A stretch of DNA of 64,000 bases from a virus: IMG/VR virus record IMGVR_UViG_3300020187_003193; one strand, given 5' to 3'. The notes below the pieces were generated by a model that saw only the letters and a program-made list of their open reading frames with translations, was not told the DNA's origin and did no database searches. Both the position numbers and the translations under genes were made by a program. Below, in pieces: positions 48,775 to 58,418 of the stretch. Each line of letters opens with the position of its first letter. The stretch's first letter is position 1.

Positions 48775-49798
48775 AACCCACTTAGATATTCTCAATAACT
48801 TGCATGAGGAATCAACACTGGAGCCCCTACACTTAAATAGTAGGGTGCTCCTAATTGATTCAATGAACACGTTTTTACGTTCATTTGCAGTAATTCCAAA
48901 TGTTAACGCACAAGGTAATCACGTTGGTGGTTTAATTGGCTTTATGAAATCCCTAGGATATGCTATAAAGTTAATTCAACCTACACGAGTTGTTCTTGTG
49001 TTTGATGGGCAAGGAAATATTACAAATCGTAGAAACACATATGCCGAATACAAGGGTAACCGCAAGATAAAGCGTATTACCAACTGGAAAGCATTTGATT
49101 CGCTGGACGAGGAATCTGCATCTGTTACTGAGCAAATGATGCGTTTAATTGAGTATCTAAAAACATTACCTGTAAATATCTCTATTATAGATAAAATCGA
49201 AGCAGATGATACTATAGCATACCTCGCACAAAAATTAAAAGACGATGTTGTTATCTATTCCGCTGACCAAGATTTCTTACAATTGGTAAATGACAGAGTT
49301 ACTGTATATTCTCCAATTAAAAAGAAATTCTATAAGCAAAAAGAGGTATTTGATGAATATGGTTTATGGCCTAAGAATTTTATTACAATGAAGTGCTTAA
49401 TGGGTGACAAATCAGATAACCTTCCAGGTATTAAAGGTTTAGGTCCTAAAAAGTTATTTAAATTGTATCCTGAATTAACAGGAAACGAAAAATATACTTT
49501 AAAAGAATCATATCAAAAAGCTACAGATAATGTAGAAGAACATGGGTTATTTGGAAACATTCATCTATTTAAGAGACAACTTGAAATAAATTACGAGTTG
49601 ATGTCTTTAGAGGATATTGAATTACTAGAAAAAGACCAAAACGACTTAGATGAACTAATTCAAACTGAACCCTTCAATTTTAATAAAGCTAGATTTCTAG
49701 CTATGTATGAAAAGGATTTACTTGGACGTGGTATTCCAAATGTGGAATATTGGTTAACAGAAGTATTTTCCCAATTGTCCAACTATAAATTAAAATAA
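48767..49798 (+). CDS. 5'-3' exonuclease / flap endonuclease (T4 RNase H, PolI N-domain type)
   Basis: LLIDSMN, VFDG, Y.EYKGNR, IEADDTIA, SADQDFLQLV and GDKSDNLPGIKGLGPK. Confidence 0.92.
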   Translation: MNKTHLDILNNLHEESTLEPLHLNSRVLLIDSMNTFLRSFAVIPNVNAQGNHVGGLIGFMKSLGYAIKLIQPTRVVLVFDGQGNITNRRNTYAEYKGNRKIKRITNWKAFDSLDEESASVTEQMMRLIEYLKTLPVNISIIDKIEADDTIAYLAQKLKDDVVIYSADQDFLQLVNDRVTVYSPIKKKFYKQKEVFDEYGLWPKNFITMKCLMGDKSDNLPGIKGLGPKKLFKLYPELTGNEKYTLKESYQKATDNVEEHGLFGNIHLFKRQLEINYELMSLEDIELLEKDQNDLDELIQTEPFNFNKARFLAMYEKDLLGRGIPNVEYWLTEVFSQLSNYKLK

Positions 49799-50664
49799 TG
49801 AATACATTAGACGAAGATTACAAAGGCCTTTTAGGCAGCTGCCTATATGGTGGAATAAAAAAAGAAGATAGAACCGGAACAGGCACACTATCAGTATTTG
49901 GGAGACAAATTCGTCATAATATGGAGGGTGGTTTCCCACTCCTAACCACTAAGAAAATTGCTATTAAAACAATGGTGACTGAATTAAAATGGTTTCTAAA
50001 AGGAGATACCAATATTAAATATTTAGTTGATAATGGATGTAACATTTGGAATGGAGATGCTTACAAACCTTACATTTCAAAACATCCTTGGGGAATAGAG
50101 ATAGAGGAGTTTATCGAAACGATACAAAAGGATGATAAGTTTGCTAAAAAATGGGGTGAGTTAGGACCAATATATGGAAAACAATGGACTGATTGGAATG
50201 GTATAGACCAGATTTTAAATTTAGTTAATTCATTAAAGAAGAATCCTGATAGTAGAAGATTGATGGTTAATGCTTGGAATGTAAGTGAATTACATGAGAT
50301 GACTTTACCTCCTTGCCATTATGGATTTCAGTGCTACGTAGCAGATGGTAAATTATCTTTAATGTGGAATCAACGTTCAGTAGATACATTTTTAGGATTA
50401 CCATTTAACATAGCTTCATATGGTTTACTTTTACTTTTATTATGTGAAGAAACAGGTTACAAACCTGGTGAACTAATTGGGAATTTGGGAGATGTTCATT
50501 TATATTCAAATCACGTTGAACAAGCAAAAGAGCAAATAACAAGAAACCCATTTGAATTACCTACTATTAAATTATCAAATGTAGACATTTTAAATGGAGA
50601 ATTTGATTATGAAATTTCAAATTATGAATGTCATTCTTCTATAAAAGCTCCATTAAGCAACTAG
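49798..50664 (+). CDS. thyA: Thymidylate synthase (copy 1)
   Basis: DRTGTGT, FPLLTTK, LGPIYGKQW, DSRR, LPPCH, NQRSVD.FLGLPFN and GDVHLY.NH. Confidence 0.95.
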   Translation: MNTLDEDYKGLLGSCLYGGIKKEDRTGTGTLSVFGRQIRHNMEGGFPLLTTKKIAIKTMVTELKWFLKGDTNIKYLVDNGCNIWNGDAYKPYISKHPWGIEIEEFIETIQKDDKFAKKWGELGPIYGKQWTDWNGIDQILNLVNSLKKNPDSRRLMVNAWNVSELHEMTLPPCHYGFQCYVADGKLSLMWNQRSVDTFLGLPFNIASYGLLLLLLCEETGYKPGELIGNLGDVHLYSNHVEQAKEQITRNPFELPTIKLSNVDILNGEFDYEISNYECHSSIKAPLSN

Positions 50665-50692
50665 GATTACGGGTTCAATTTTATTATATTTA
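50661..50692 (+). promoter_or_regulatory. Bacteroidota-type promoter
   Basis: CTAG-N20-TATATTTA upstream of the helicase gene. Confidence 0.55.
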
Positions 50693-50713
50693 CAACATAA
50701 ATAGGTTACATAC

Positions 50714-52093
50714 ATGACGCTAAAGGCATTATCACAATACGGTCCACATTTCCAATTAAAAGTATTAAATTCGTTACTACGTAACAAGAAATTTATACTT
50801 AATATTCGAGATGTTTTATCGTATACTTTCTTCGAAAATCAAGCACATCAATGGATAGTCAAGGAAACACTACAGTACTTTGATGAATACCATAGCGCTC
50901 CTACTTTAGATTTTCTTAAAATTGAGATTAAAAAATTAGACAACGACGTTTTAAAAACAGCAGTTGTAGATCAATTAAAAGTAATCTATCAAATTATCAA
51001 CGAAGATCAAGAATACGTTGAACAAGAATTCTCTAACTTCTGTAAGAACCAAGCATTAAAATCAGCATTACTTAAATCAGTTGACTTACTACAAGATGGT
51101 ATGTTTGACGAAATACGATTTACAGTAGATAATGCTTTAAAAGCTGGACAAGATAAGAATATTGGACATGAATATGTTAAAGATGTAGAATCTCGTTATA
51201 AAGAAGAAGATAGACAAGTTATTCCTACTCCATGGGAAATCATAAACGAAAAACTTATGGGAGGTTTAGGTGGAGGTGACTTTGGTTTAATATTTGGTTC
51301 TCCTGGTGGTGGTAAATCTTGGACAATGGTTGCTTTAGGAGCACATGCCGTTAAATTAGGTATGAACGTAGCCCACTATACATTAGAATTAGGTGAAGGT
51401 TATGTTGGTAAAAGATACGATGCTTATTTCACAAATGTTCCTGTAAATACAATCCATACAGAACAAGAAAAAGTAAAAGAAGTAATTAGCAAATTAACGG
51501 GGACATTAACCATTAAAGAATATGCCCCTCAACAAGCTTCAATTACTACAATCGAATCACATATTCAGAAAATGACAGATTTAGGATATGCTCCAGATCT
51601 AGTTATTATAGATTATGTCGATTTATTAAAAGCCACACGTATTAGTAAAGATAAAAAAGAAGAATTAGATGATATATATATCTCAACTAAAGGTTTAGCT
51701 AAAACACTTAACATTCCAATATGGTCTGTATCACAAGTTAACAGGGCAGGTGCTAAAGATGATGTAATTGAAGGAGATAAAGCAGCAGGTTCATATAACA
51801 AAATTATGATTACAGATTTCTGTATGTCATTATCTCGATTAGCTCAAGACAAAGTGAACAACACGGGACGCTTCTTCATAATGAAGAATAGATATGGTAT
51901 GGATGGTATGGCTTATTATGCTGACATAGATGCCTCAACAGGTCACATAGAAATTGACGATAAACCAAGAGATGTTGAAGAAAGTGGGCCACCTACCGAC
52001 CCTAAAAAACCTAATGATTTTACAGAAACTGATAGGAAAAATTTAAAAAACTTCTCTGAAAACTTTTTCAAAACAGAATCCGTTAGTGCCTAA
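50714..52093 (+). CDS. Replicative DnaB-like helicase (gp41-like)
   Basis: Walker A GSPGGGKS, YTLEL, VIIDYVDLL, WSVSQVNR and MKNRYG. Confidence 0.9.
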   Translation: MTLKALSQYGPHFQLKVLNSLLRNKKFILNIRDVLSYTFFENQAHQWIVKETLQYFDEYHSAPTLDFLKIEIKKLDNDVLKTAVVDQLKVIYQIINEDQEYVEQEFSNFCKNQALKSALLKSVDLLQDGMFDEIRFTVDNALKAGQDKNIGHEYVKDVESRYKEEDRQVIPTPWEIINEKLMGGLGGGDFGLIFGSPGGGKSWTMVALGAHAVKLGMNVAHYTLELGEGYVGKRYDAYFTNVPVNTIHTEQEKVKEVISKLTGTLTIKEYAPQQASITTIESHIQKMTDLGYAPDLVIIDYVDLLKATRISKDKKEELDDIYISTKGLAKTLNIPIWSVSQVNRAGAKDDVIEGDKAAGSYNKIMITDFCMSLSRLAQDKVNNTGRFFIMKNRYGMDGMAYYADIDASTGHIEIDDKPRDVEESGPPTDPKKPNDFTETDRKNLKNFSENFFKTESVSA

Positions 52094-52151
52094 TATATAC
52101 CATATTTATTAACCCATTCTTGAAATTTTTTAACTTAATTAAATTAGCTAC

Positions 52152-53132
52152 ATGCGAGACATTACAAAGGAAAGAGTTGTATACAAACCTTTCGAATACC
52201 CTGAGGCACACGATTACTGGATGAAACAACACCAAGCACACTGGTTACACACTGAAGTGCCCATGATGTCAGACGTAAATGATTGGAAACAAAACCTATC
52301 AGAAACTGAAAAAAATATTATTGGTTCTATATTAAAAGGTTTTGCCCAAACCGAAACTGTAGTAAACGATTACTGGACTAACCTTGTAACTAAATGGTTC
52401 AGAAAACCAGAAATCATCAAAATGGGTGTTACATTTGGAGCGTTTGAAACAATCCACGCAGAAGCTTATTCTTTATTAAATGAAGAATTAGGTTTAGATG
52501 ATTTTAGCGAATTCCTTGAAGATGAAGCCACAATGGCTAAAATTGAAAATTTAATGAGTGTTAGAGATTCACATGAAGGGGAACCTGATTGGAATGCTAG
52601 AGCAAAATCATTAGCTATATTTTCTGCCTTTACAGAAGGTGTTAACTTATTTTCTTCATTCGCAGTTTTATTATCTTTTAAATTACAAAACAAATTAAAA
52701 GGAGTAGGACAAATAGTAGAGTGGAGTATCAGAGATGAATCATTACATTCAGACGCTGGATGTTGGTTATTCAGAACATTATTAGATGAAAAACCAGAAT
52801 TAAACACTCCAGAATTAAGAGCTGAAATTGAAGAAGCTGCTCGTTTATCTTTAAAACTAGAATTAGATTTTATTGATAAAGTATATGAAATGGGAGATTT
52901 AGATGGATGTCCAAAATACGATCTAGTATCTTTTATCAAACATAGAGTAAACACTAAAATGAGTGATTTAGGATATGGTTCAATTGTAAATGGTATTGAT
53001 ACAGACGCAATAAAAAGAATGAAATGGTTTGATAGTTTATCAGGTGGTAAACAACACACAGATTTTTTCGCAAACAGAGTAACAAATTACAGTAAAGGAG
53101 CCCAAAACTGGGACGCAGATAGTATATTTTAA
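52152..53132 (+). CDS. nrdB: Class Ia ribonucleotide reductase beta subunit
   Basis: YKPFEYP, FETIHAEAY (radical Tyr), FTEGVNLFSSF, IRDESLH and HTDFFA.RVT.YSK. Confidence 0.95.
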   Translation: MRDITKERVVYKPFEYPEAHDYWMKQHQAHWLHTEVPMMSDVNDWKQNLSETEKNIIGSILKGFAQTETVVNDYWTNLVTKWFRKPEIIKMGVTFGAFETIHAEAYSLLNEELGLDDFSEFLEDEATMAKIENLMSVRDSHEGEPDWNARAKSLAIFSAFTEGVNLFSSFAVLLSFKLQNKLKGVGQIVEWSIRDESLHSDAGCWLFRTLLDEKPELNTPELRAEIEEAARLSLKLELDFIDKVYEMGDLDGCPKYDLVSFIKHRVNTKMSDLGYGSIVNGIDTDAIKRMKWFDSLSGGKQHTDFFANRVTNYSKGAQNWDADSIF

Positions 53133-53135
53133 AAT

Positions 53136-54851
53136 ATGGATAATAACAGTTTAATATCAAACGTAGAGGGTTGGGAAAGAGGTAAAGATTACCCTGAATT
53201 TTTCGACGAAATCTCATTAGCAACAATATCTAAAGGTTATCTCCTACCAGGAGAAACACCTAAGAAAGCATACCGAAGAGTAGCCCACGCAGCTGCTTCT
53301 AGACTGAAACGCCCAGATTTAGAGAACAAATTCTTTAAACTAATCTGGAATGGGTGGTTAGGTCTAGCTTCACCTGTCCTTTCCAACATGGGAACGGATA
53401 GAGGTTTACCTATTTCATGTTTTGGAGTAGATACACCAGATTCAATTCGAGGTATAGGTTTGACAAACGCTGAATTGATGAAGCTTACGTCTGTAGGTGG
53501 TGGAGTTGGAATTAGTTTATCTCGTATTAGAGAGAGAGGAACTGAGATTCGAGGAAACGGGAAAAGTGAAGGGATTGTTCCATGGGCTAAAATCTATGAT
53601 TCATCCATTATCGCTACTAACCAAGGTAACGTAAGACGTGGGGCTGCCTCAGTGAATTTGAACATTAATCATGGCGACATTGACGAATTCTTAGAAATCC
53701 GTCGCCCTAAAGGTGATCCTAACAGACAATGTTTGAACCTTCACCAATGTGTTGTTGTAGATGATGTTTTTATGAGAAAACTTGAATCTAGAGATAGTGA
53801 ATCTATGAATAGATGGGCTAAAATCTTAAAAGCAAGAATGGAAACGGGTGAGCCTTACATTATGTTTAAAGACAATGTAAACAAAGCAAACCCAATGGCT
53901 TACATGATGAACAATCTTGATGTAAGTATGACAAACATTTGTACTGAAATTACATTACATACAGATGAAGAACACTCATTTATTTGTTGTTTATCTTCTT
54001 TAAACTTAGCTAAGTATGACGAGTGGAAAGATACAGATACTGTAGAATTATCTACTTATTTCTTAGACGGTGTAATGCAAGAGTTTATTGATAAAACTCA
54101 AGGAACAGATAGTATGGTTAGAACATACAATCATGCTAGAAAAGGTAGAGCATTAGGATTAGGTGTAATGGGATGGCATACATTCTTACAACAGAAAAAC
54201 TTACCATTTAACTCTATTGCTTCAACAGCCCACACCCACAACATATTCTCAGATTTAAAAACAAAATCTGAAGCTGCATCAAGAAAATTAGCAGTAGAAT
54301 ACGGAGAACCACTATGGTGTAGAGGTACTGGAATGCGAAATACGCATTTATTAGCGATTGCTCCTACCGTATCGAATAGCGTTATAACTGGTGGTATATC
54401 GGCCGGTATTGAGCCGTTACCCGCTAATATCTACACATTTAACGGCGCTAAAGGAACGTTTATTCGCAAAAATAAGGTACTGGAAGAATTACTAGAATCT
54501 AAAGGCAAAAACAAAGACCAATGGTGGGATCAAATGTTATCCGATGGTGGAAGTGTAATGGGATTACCGGATACAGTACTCACCCCAGATGAGAAAGAAC
54601 AATTCTTAACATTCCCAGAAATTAATCAATTGGAATTAGTTCGTCAAGCTGCTATTAGACAAAGATATATTGATCAAACACAAAGTTTAAATTTATCTTT
54701 TGACCCTAGCGATTCACCAAAATGGATAAATCAAGTTCACTTGGAGGCATGGAAATTAGGAATTAAAACTTTATATTATCTTAGAACAGATAGTGTAATT
54801 AAAGGAGATTTAGGATCACGAATGGCAGATTGTGTTAGTTGTGACGGATAA
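53136..54851 (+). CDS. nrdA: Class I ribonucleotide reductase alpha subunit, lacking an ATP cone
   Basis: ASPVLSN, PISCF, TNICTEI, LAIAPT, SAGIEP, KTLYY and C-terminal CVSCDG. Confidence 0.95.
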   Translation: MDNNSLISNVEGWERGKDYPEFFDEISLATISKGYLLPGETPKKAYRRVAHAAASRLKRPDLENKFFKLIWNGWLGLASPVLSNMGTDRGLPISCFGVDTPDSIRGIGLTNAELMKLTSVGGGVGISLSRIRERGTEIRGNGKSEGIVPWAKIYDSSIIATNQGNVRRGAASVNLNINHGDIDEFLEIRRPKGDPNRQCLNLHQCVVVDDVFMRKLESRDSESMNRWAKILKARMETGEPYIMFKDNVNKANPMAYMMNNLDVSMTNICTEITLHTDEEHSFICCLSSLNLAKYDEWKDTDTVELSTYFLDGVMQEFIDKTQGTDSMVRTYNHARKGRALGLGVMGWHTFLQQKNLPFNSIASTAHTHNIFSDLKTKSEAASRKLAVEYGEPLWCRGTGMRNTHLLAIAPTVSNSVITGGISAGIEPLPANIYTFNGAKGTFIRKNKVLEELLESKGKNKDQWWDQMLSDGGSVMGLPDTVLTPDEKEQFLTFPEINQLELVRQAAIRQRYIDQTQSLNLSFDPSDSPKWINQVHLEAWKLGIKTLYYLRTDSVIKGDLGSRMADCVSCDG

Positions 54852-54885
54852 TGGACTTTCAATGTAATTACTATGTAATATAAAG

Positions 54886-54912
54886 ATGGGTGGCTAAGTC
54901 ACCCATTTTTTA
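54886..54912 (+). terminator. Rho-independent terminator
   Basis: ATGGGTGGC-TAA-GTCACCCAT followed by a T run. Confidence 0.85.
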
Positions 54913-54940
54913 TTTATTAGTGAAATCTTAAATATTAAAT

Positions 54941-56200
54941 ATGAAACTAAAACTTACGTTATTATCGTTACTTTTAACTTTAGTCCATTGCACTAAAGAC
55001 CCAGTTGTAGTATATGTTCCAGATCCTAATTCTGGCACAGAGCCAGAACCAGTTCAGTATATTCTCGAAGGACAGATTACAGAAAACAAAATCCTAGATG
55101 CATCACAAATCTGGACTTTAAAAGGTCGGGTAAGTGTTGTTGATGGGGTAACCTTAACTGTACCCGCAGGTACTATTATTAAAGGAGAACCAGGTACAGG
55201 TGCAGATGCATCATGCCTCATTATAGCTAGAGGTGGTAAAATAGACGCCCAGGGTACTGCTCAAAACCCCATCATTTTTACCTCAATATCCGATAACATC
55301 CAAATTGGAGGAATATACCCTTCATCATCTCCTTCTTTAAGTATTGATGTAAGAGGATTATGGGGAGGGATTTTAATTTTGGGAAAAGCTCCTGCTTCAT
55401 TCAATAATAACGTAAGTGAATTACAAATTGAAGGCATTCCAGTTTCAGATACTAACGGATTATATGGTGGTTCAAATCCAACAGATAATTCAGGTATATT
55501 CAAATATGTTTCTATTAGACACGGAGGTGCTGAAATTGGAGAAGGAAATGAAATCAATGGACTTACTTTAGGAGCAGTTGGTTCGGATACAGTTATCGAT
55601 AACGTTGAAGTTATTGCAAATGTAGATGATGGGATTGAATTTTTTGGAGGAACTGTAAACGCTTCTAACCTACTTGTATGGGGACAAGGTGATGATGGTT
55701 TAGATATAGACCAAGCTTATGCAGGAACTATCGATAACGCCTTAGTAGTTTTAACTGCTGCATCTGACCATGGTTTAGAAATTGATGGACCTGAAGGTAA
55801 TTTAGAAGGTTCTTTTACAATTAAAAATACTACTATAGTTGGGGCATCAGATGGCTGTACTGCTTTAAGTGCAGATGGTGAAATAGCAGATTTTAGAAGT
55901 AATGCAATGGGAACTACTGATGGAATTTTAGTAAAGGGATTTGCTGAAGGAAAAGATGTAGAATTAGATAACGATGGGGTTGCTTTAAATTATACAAATG
56001 GTTTATTAGTATTTAAGAATTGGAACTTTTTACCAAACGAATCTTGTACACCAGAAGCATTAGAAGGTGGTATATTTGATGATAAATCAGATATAGGTTC
56101 TTCGTTTGAATTTGATGCTAATACCTTTGCAAAAATAGTTACAACATCCGATGTTGGAGCTAATGAATCAGTATTTAGTTGGACGTTTTATAAAAGGTAA
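54941..56200 (+). CDS. Bacteroidota-type surface lipoprotein with a predicted beta-helix (host-derived)
   Basis: Signal peptide ending LVHC. LTVPAGTII...RGGKIDAQGT...PIIFTS, YGG...DNSG...YVSIRHGG, NEINGLTLGAVGS.T, DDGIEFFGGTVN. Confidence 0.7.
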   Translation: MKLKLTLLSLLLTLVHCTKDPVVVYVPDPNSGTEPEPVQYILEGQITENKILDASQIWTLKGRVSVVDGVTLTVPAGTIIKGEPGTGADASCLIIARGGKIDAQGTAQNPIIFTSISDNIQIGGIYPSSSPSLSIDVRGLWGGILILGKAPASFNNNVSELQIEGIPVSDTNGLYGGSNPTDNSGIFKYVSIRHGGAEIGEGNEINGLTLGAVGSDTVIDNVEVIANVDDGIEFFGGTVNASNLLVWGQGDDGLDIDQAYAGTIDNALVVLTAASDHGLEIDGPEGNLEGSFTIKNTTIVGASDGCTALSADGEIADFRSNAMGTTDGILVKGFAEGKDVELDNDGVALNYTNGLLVFKNWNFLPNESCTPEALEGGIFDDKSDIGSSFEFDANTFAKIVTTSDVGANESVFSWTFYKR

Positions 56201-56206
56201 ATATTA

Positions 56207-56236
56207 AAAGAAAGGGCGCAATAGCGCCCTTTTCTT
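56207..56236. terminator. Bidirectional rho-independent terminator between convergent genes
   Basis: AAAGGGCGC-AATA-GCGCCCTTT flanked by A-rich and T-rich tracts. Confidence 0.88.
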
Positions 56237-56414
56237 ATTCGCAGCATTTAATATATGCCGTCCACATTTTTTGTGCAGTTTGGAGATCAATTTTCCCCTC
56301 ATCTAGTTGTGTTTTAATAACATCATACATTTGCTTCTTTGAAATTTCATTTTTTTCGTGTGCAAATGTTAAAGTGCTAACTAGAAGTGTAATTAGTAAT
56401 AATAGTTTTTTCAT
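56235..56414 (-). CDS. Small secreted protein with a signal peptide; the only supported minus-strand gene
   Basis: MKKLLLLITLLVSTLTFA-HEKNE... Likely start at 56414. ATATTTAT lies on the minus strand at 56441-56448. Confidence 0.7.
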   Translation of the reverse strand: MKKLLLLITLLVSTLTFAHEKNEISKKQMYDVIKTQLDEGKIDLQTAQKMWTAYIKCCE

Positions 56415-56496
56415 AGTGTTAGCGTTTTTAGTCATCGATTATAAATATAATGTCATTTTAACGTCATACTAAATATATAAAAGCGTCATATTAAAA

Positions 56497-56528
56497 TTTG
56501 GCTACACAGGAGGCCTTTCGTATATTTA
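56497..56528 (+). promoter_or_regulatory. Bacteroidota-type early promoter
   Basis: TTTG-N20-TATATTTA, then AAAATAAAGGTTATG. Confidence 0.7.
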
Positions 56529-56551
56529 CGACGTAATTAAAAATAAAGGTT

Positions 56552-56806
56552 ATGCAAGATCAAGATTTAAAAGCGTTTTCAGAACAAGTAAAGAAAGGAT
56601 TTGTAGATGCATTAGGGAACAAAAGTTCTTTCTACACTCCTCAAGTTGTTAGATTTTTCACTGATGAGTTAAGTGGTGATGAATGTGCTATTATATGGAA
56701 TGGTACAGAAGAAATTTGTGTTACAGCTGATGAGGCTTGGGATATAGAAGCTAAAGCTCAAGCTGAGCAAAGCGAGTATGAATTAATGTGTGAGAGAGGT
56801 TGGTAA
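56552..56806 (+). CDS. Small acidic hypothetical (early) protein
   Basis: 84 aa with its own promoter and AAATAAAGGTTATG start context. Confidence 0.6.
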   Translation: MQDQDLKAFSEQVKKGFVDALGNKSSFYTPQVVRFFTDELSGDECAIIWNGTEEICVTADEAWDIEAKAQAEQSEYELMCERGW

Positions 56807-56830
56807 TCCAATCCCTCTTTCGTATATTTA
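56799..56830 (+). promoter_or_regulatory. Bacteroidota-type early promoter
   Basis: GTTG-N20-TATATTTA. Confidence 0.65.
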
Positions 56831-56849
56831 AATTATAAAAATAAAGGTT

Positions 56850-57158
56850 ATGTATTATTCAAGATTAAGAGAAGCGTTCAAAGATTTAAGAAAAGCAGGT
56901 TATTTTGCCAGACAAAATTTTACATGTTGTCAATCATGTGCTTGGGCTGAAATCCCAGAAGAAAAATCAGATAAAGTAGTATTTTATCATGCACAAGATG
57001 CTGCCCATAAAGCAGACGATGAAATGTACATTGGTTGGTCTGGTGATGGAAAGGAAATATGTGATATATTTGCTAAACATAATATTGATACATTATGGGA
57101 TGGTGATAATAATACTAGAATAGAAATTTCAGATTATAAATACAGTTATGGAGTTTAA
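56850..57158 (+). CDS. Hypothetical protein with a CCxxC motif (DUF6891-like)
   Basis: AF..L.KAG.FARQNFTCCQSC...VVFYH.QD...WDG...RIEI. Confidence 0.55.
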   Translation: MYYSRLREAFKDLRKAGYFARQNFTCCQSCAWAEIPEEKSDKVVFYHAQDAAHKADDEMYIGWSGDGKEICDIFAKHNIDTLWDGDNNTRIEISDYKYSYGV

Positions 57159-57444
57159 AGATTTAGTATTTCAACCACATAAAAATGGTCAAGGAGTTCA
57201 AGCAGTAGCAACTTTTAATAATGGCTTCGAAGTATCCGTTATAAGAACTATGTTCTCATACGGTGGAAAATCAGGTTTATTTGAAGTTGCAATTATAGAT
57301 AAAGCAACCGGTAAAGTAAATAGTAATACCGATATTACAGATGATGTTTTAGGTTGGCAAGATGAAAAAGATATTGATAAAATATTAGCAGCTGTACCTC
57401 AAATGAATAGTGAAGGTATATTACCAGAAAGTGTAACAATATAA
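57148..57444 (+). CDS. Conserved phage hypothetical protein
   Basis: F.NGFEVSVI...SYGG..GLFEVA...DDVLGW. Confidence 0.6.
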   Translation: MEFKDLVFQPHKNGQGVQAVATFNNGFEVSVIRTMFSYGGKSGLFEVAIIDKATGKVNSNTDITDDVLGWQDEKDIDKILAAVPQMNSEGILPESVTI

Positions 57445-57459
57445 TTAAAGAATATAAGA

Positions 57460-57609
57460 ATGGCTGATATCACAATGTGTTCCGGAGACGGATGTAGTAT
57501 TAAAGAGAGTTGTTATAGATTTACAGCTCCAATAAATGAATATGCTCAGTCATACTTCACAGAGGTGCCAGGTAAAGATGAATCATGTAATCACTATTGG
57601 AAAAGATGA
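57460..57609 (+). CDS. Small Cys-rich protein, 49 aa (not in ORF track)
   Basis: MADITMCSGDGCSIKESCYRFTAPINEYAQSYFTEVPGKDESCNHYWKR*, with four Cys and an ATGA overlap with the next gene. Confidence 0.7.
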   Translation: MADITMCSGDGCSIKESCYRFTAPINEYAQSYFTEVPGKDESCNHYWKR

Positions 57610-57836
57610 AAGCAACATTAGAATTTAATCTTCCAGAAGATCAAATCGAATTTGAATTTGCCACTAATGGTTCAAAGTGGTGGAAGGTTTGTTGGGATAT
57701 GGAACAATGGCTAAGACAGCAGAATAAGTATATGCCCGATGACCAGTTTAATAAAGATAAGGACGATGCTTACTTTGAGGTAAGACAAAAGCTTAGTGAG
57801 ATTATGAATGAGAATGGTGTAAACTTGGATATTTAA
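57606..57836 (+). CDS. Hypothetical phage protein
   Basis: MKATLEFNLPEDQ.EF..A. The true start is probably the ATG at 57606. Confidence 0.65.
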   Translation: MKATLEFNLPEDQIEFEFATNGSKWWKVCWDMEQWLRQQNKYMPDDQFNKDKDDAYFEVRQKLSEIMNENGVNLDI

Positions 57837-57855
57837 AGATTCTTTCGTATATTCA
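57824..57855 (+). promoter_or_regulatory. Bacteroidota-type early promoter
   Basis: CTTG-N20-TATATTCA. Confidence 0.6.
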
Positions 57856-57879
57856 CGGGTTCATTTAAATAATTAAAAC

Positions 57880-58284
57880 ATGGAAAAGGTTATAGTAGAG
57901 TATGATAATGATAAGGTTATTACTTATGATGTAGTTCTTTGGAGAACTTATAAAAAAGGTAAAAAAGAGGTATTACAACAAAATATACCTATGTTACTTA
58001 ACAACTCATCAGTTGTATCTTATAAAATTGTAGATCCAAAACGTAAAAGAGGTGATGGAGAAAGTTTATCTTCAAAATACGAAAGTAAAAATGTAAAAGA
58101 AGATATTCCTATGCCAATGGAGATTGCAGACGAGATAGTTATGTTTGCACGAGGTGATGGTAAAGGTTTTACTAAAGAAGTAGTTGAAAAATGGAATAGT
58201 TATTTTGATTTTGATCTACATTTAAAATTTGAAAGATATGGTTTTTCAGGTTCATCTCGTTTAAATACAATTTTTAAGATATGA
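57880..58284 (+). CDS. Hypothetical protein
   Basis: 134 aa ORF downstream of a promoter. Confidence 0.55.
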   Translation: MEKVIVEYDNDKVITYDVVLWRTYKKGKKEVLQQNIPMLLNNSSVVSYKIVDPKRKRGDGESLSSKYESKNVKEDIPMPMEIADEIVMFARGDGKGFTKEVVEKWNSYFDFDLHLKFERYGFSGSSRLNTIFKI

Positions 58285-58418
58285 GTGACTGGATAACTTA
58301 TAACGGAAAAAAGAAAAAATGTTTTGGAATCCATACTAATGGTAATTATCTTATAAAAATGAATGGTACTTTAGTTCAAGTTCCAAAAGAAAAAATTATA
58401 GATGAAACCAACACTTGA
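58281..58418 (+). CDS. Small hypothetical protein, 45 aa (not in ORF track)
   Basis: MSDWITYNGKKKKCFGIHTNGNYLIKMNGTLVQVPKEKIIDETNT*. ATGA overlap upstream; fills the gap. Confidence 0.5.
   Translation: MSDWITYNGKKKKCFGIHTNGNYLIKMNGTLVQVPKEKIIDETNT

Noticed and set aside
304-52109. ATATTTAT read as T4 TATAAATA promoters driving antisense transcription
   Set aside because: The motif is consistently placed just upstream of sense-strand starts and flips with the one minus-strand gene, which fits a sense-acting element. Antisense use is not formally excluded.
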